Positions 63,455 to 64,000 of a stretch of DNA of 64,000 bases are shown piece after piece. Position 1 is the stretch's first letter. Each line of letters begins with the position of its first letter. Made by a program: the position numbers and the translations under genes. Source of the DNA: Raja brachyura (lineage: Eukaryota); assembly GCA_963514005.1 (NCBI GenBank), contig OY740804.1, forward strand, positions 21,328,001-21,392,000, given 5' to 3'. A model generated the notes under the pieces. It saw nothing but the letters and a program-made list of their open reading frames with translations. It was not told where the DNA came from and made no database searches.

Positions 63455-63752
63455 GGAGATACGGCATGGAAACGGGCCCTTCAGCCCACCAAGTCCATAC
63501 CGGCCCTCAATCACCTGTACACTAGTTCTATATTATCCCACTTTCGCATCCTACACACTAGGGACAATTTACAGAAGTCAATTAACCTACAAGTCCCCAT
63601 GTGTTTGGGACGTGGGAGGAAACTGGAGCACTGGGTGGAAACCCATGCGGTCACAGGGAGAACGTGTAAACTCCGTACAGACAGCAACCGATGTCAGGAT
63701 CGAACCTGGGTCTCCGGCGTTGTGAGGCAGCAGCTCTACCGCTGCACCGCCG
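63455..63752 (-). mobile_element. HE1-like V-SINE
   Basis: Reverse complement of GGCGGTGCAGCGGTAGAGCTGCTGCC...GGTTCGATCC and the V-domain. Confidence 0.8.
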
Positions 63753-64000
63753 TCTGCTTATCACTTTCTACACTTTCATAGCAGATGTCATGTGTCAAGA
63801 AGGGCCAAAATCACACTGTTAACCAACTGTGAGGCAAGCGCATTATCTTTTTTTGTTTAATGTTAGTTTGCTAATTCATGGACATCTAGGCTGAGATTGA
63901 CAAAACAGTGTGTACATGGAATTATGAAGAGTTGTTTGTTTGTTCGTTGTACAAGGGGGCACTTTTTGTCTGCTTTAGAAACATAGAAAATAGGTGCAGG

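Noticed and set aside
8763-63752. tRNA genes suggested by A-box and B-box motifs
   Set aside because: All are heads of HE1-like SINEs that continue into the V-domain; no complete cloverleaf.

Overview
Eukaryotic, repeat-rich vertebrate genomic DNA, most likely from a cartilaginous fish (skate or ray). That is inferred from the many HE1-like tRNA/V-SINEs, which share 3' tails with CR1/HER1-like LINEs. Two spliced genes lie on the minus strand. The first is the 3' end of KIF21B: five WD40-domain exons, two alternative terminal coding exons and a ~3.7 kb 3'UTR ending near 41580. The second, about 15 kb further on, is the CpG-rich promoter and first coding exon of CPNE5; I could not find its exon 2 in the window. 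The rest is mostly mobile DNA: two adjacent decayed L1 copies (1-6205), a full-length but dead IR/DR Tc1 element, hAT- and Harbinger-like MITEs, CR1, Rex1/Babar and RTE-like fragments, and many Penelope-derived repeats. The most interesting signal is that the Penelope-derived repeats carry a minimal hammerhead-ribozyme core (CTGAAGA-A-GGGT-N4-ACCC-GAAACGTH). They occur as TSD-flanked ~100-400 bp units and fold-back hairpins, and one core-intact copy lies in sense orientation in the KIF21B 3'UTR. Most short ORFs in the supplied track are repeat-derived and not genes. Repeat boundaries are approximate and all family assignments come from motif recognition, not database searches.
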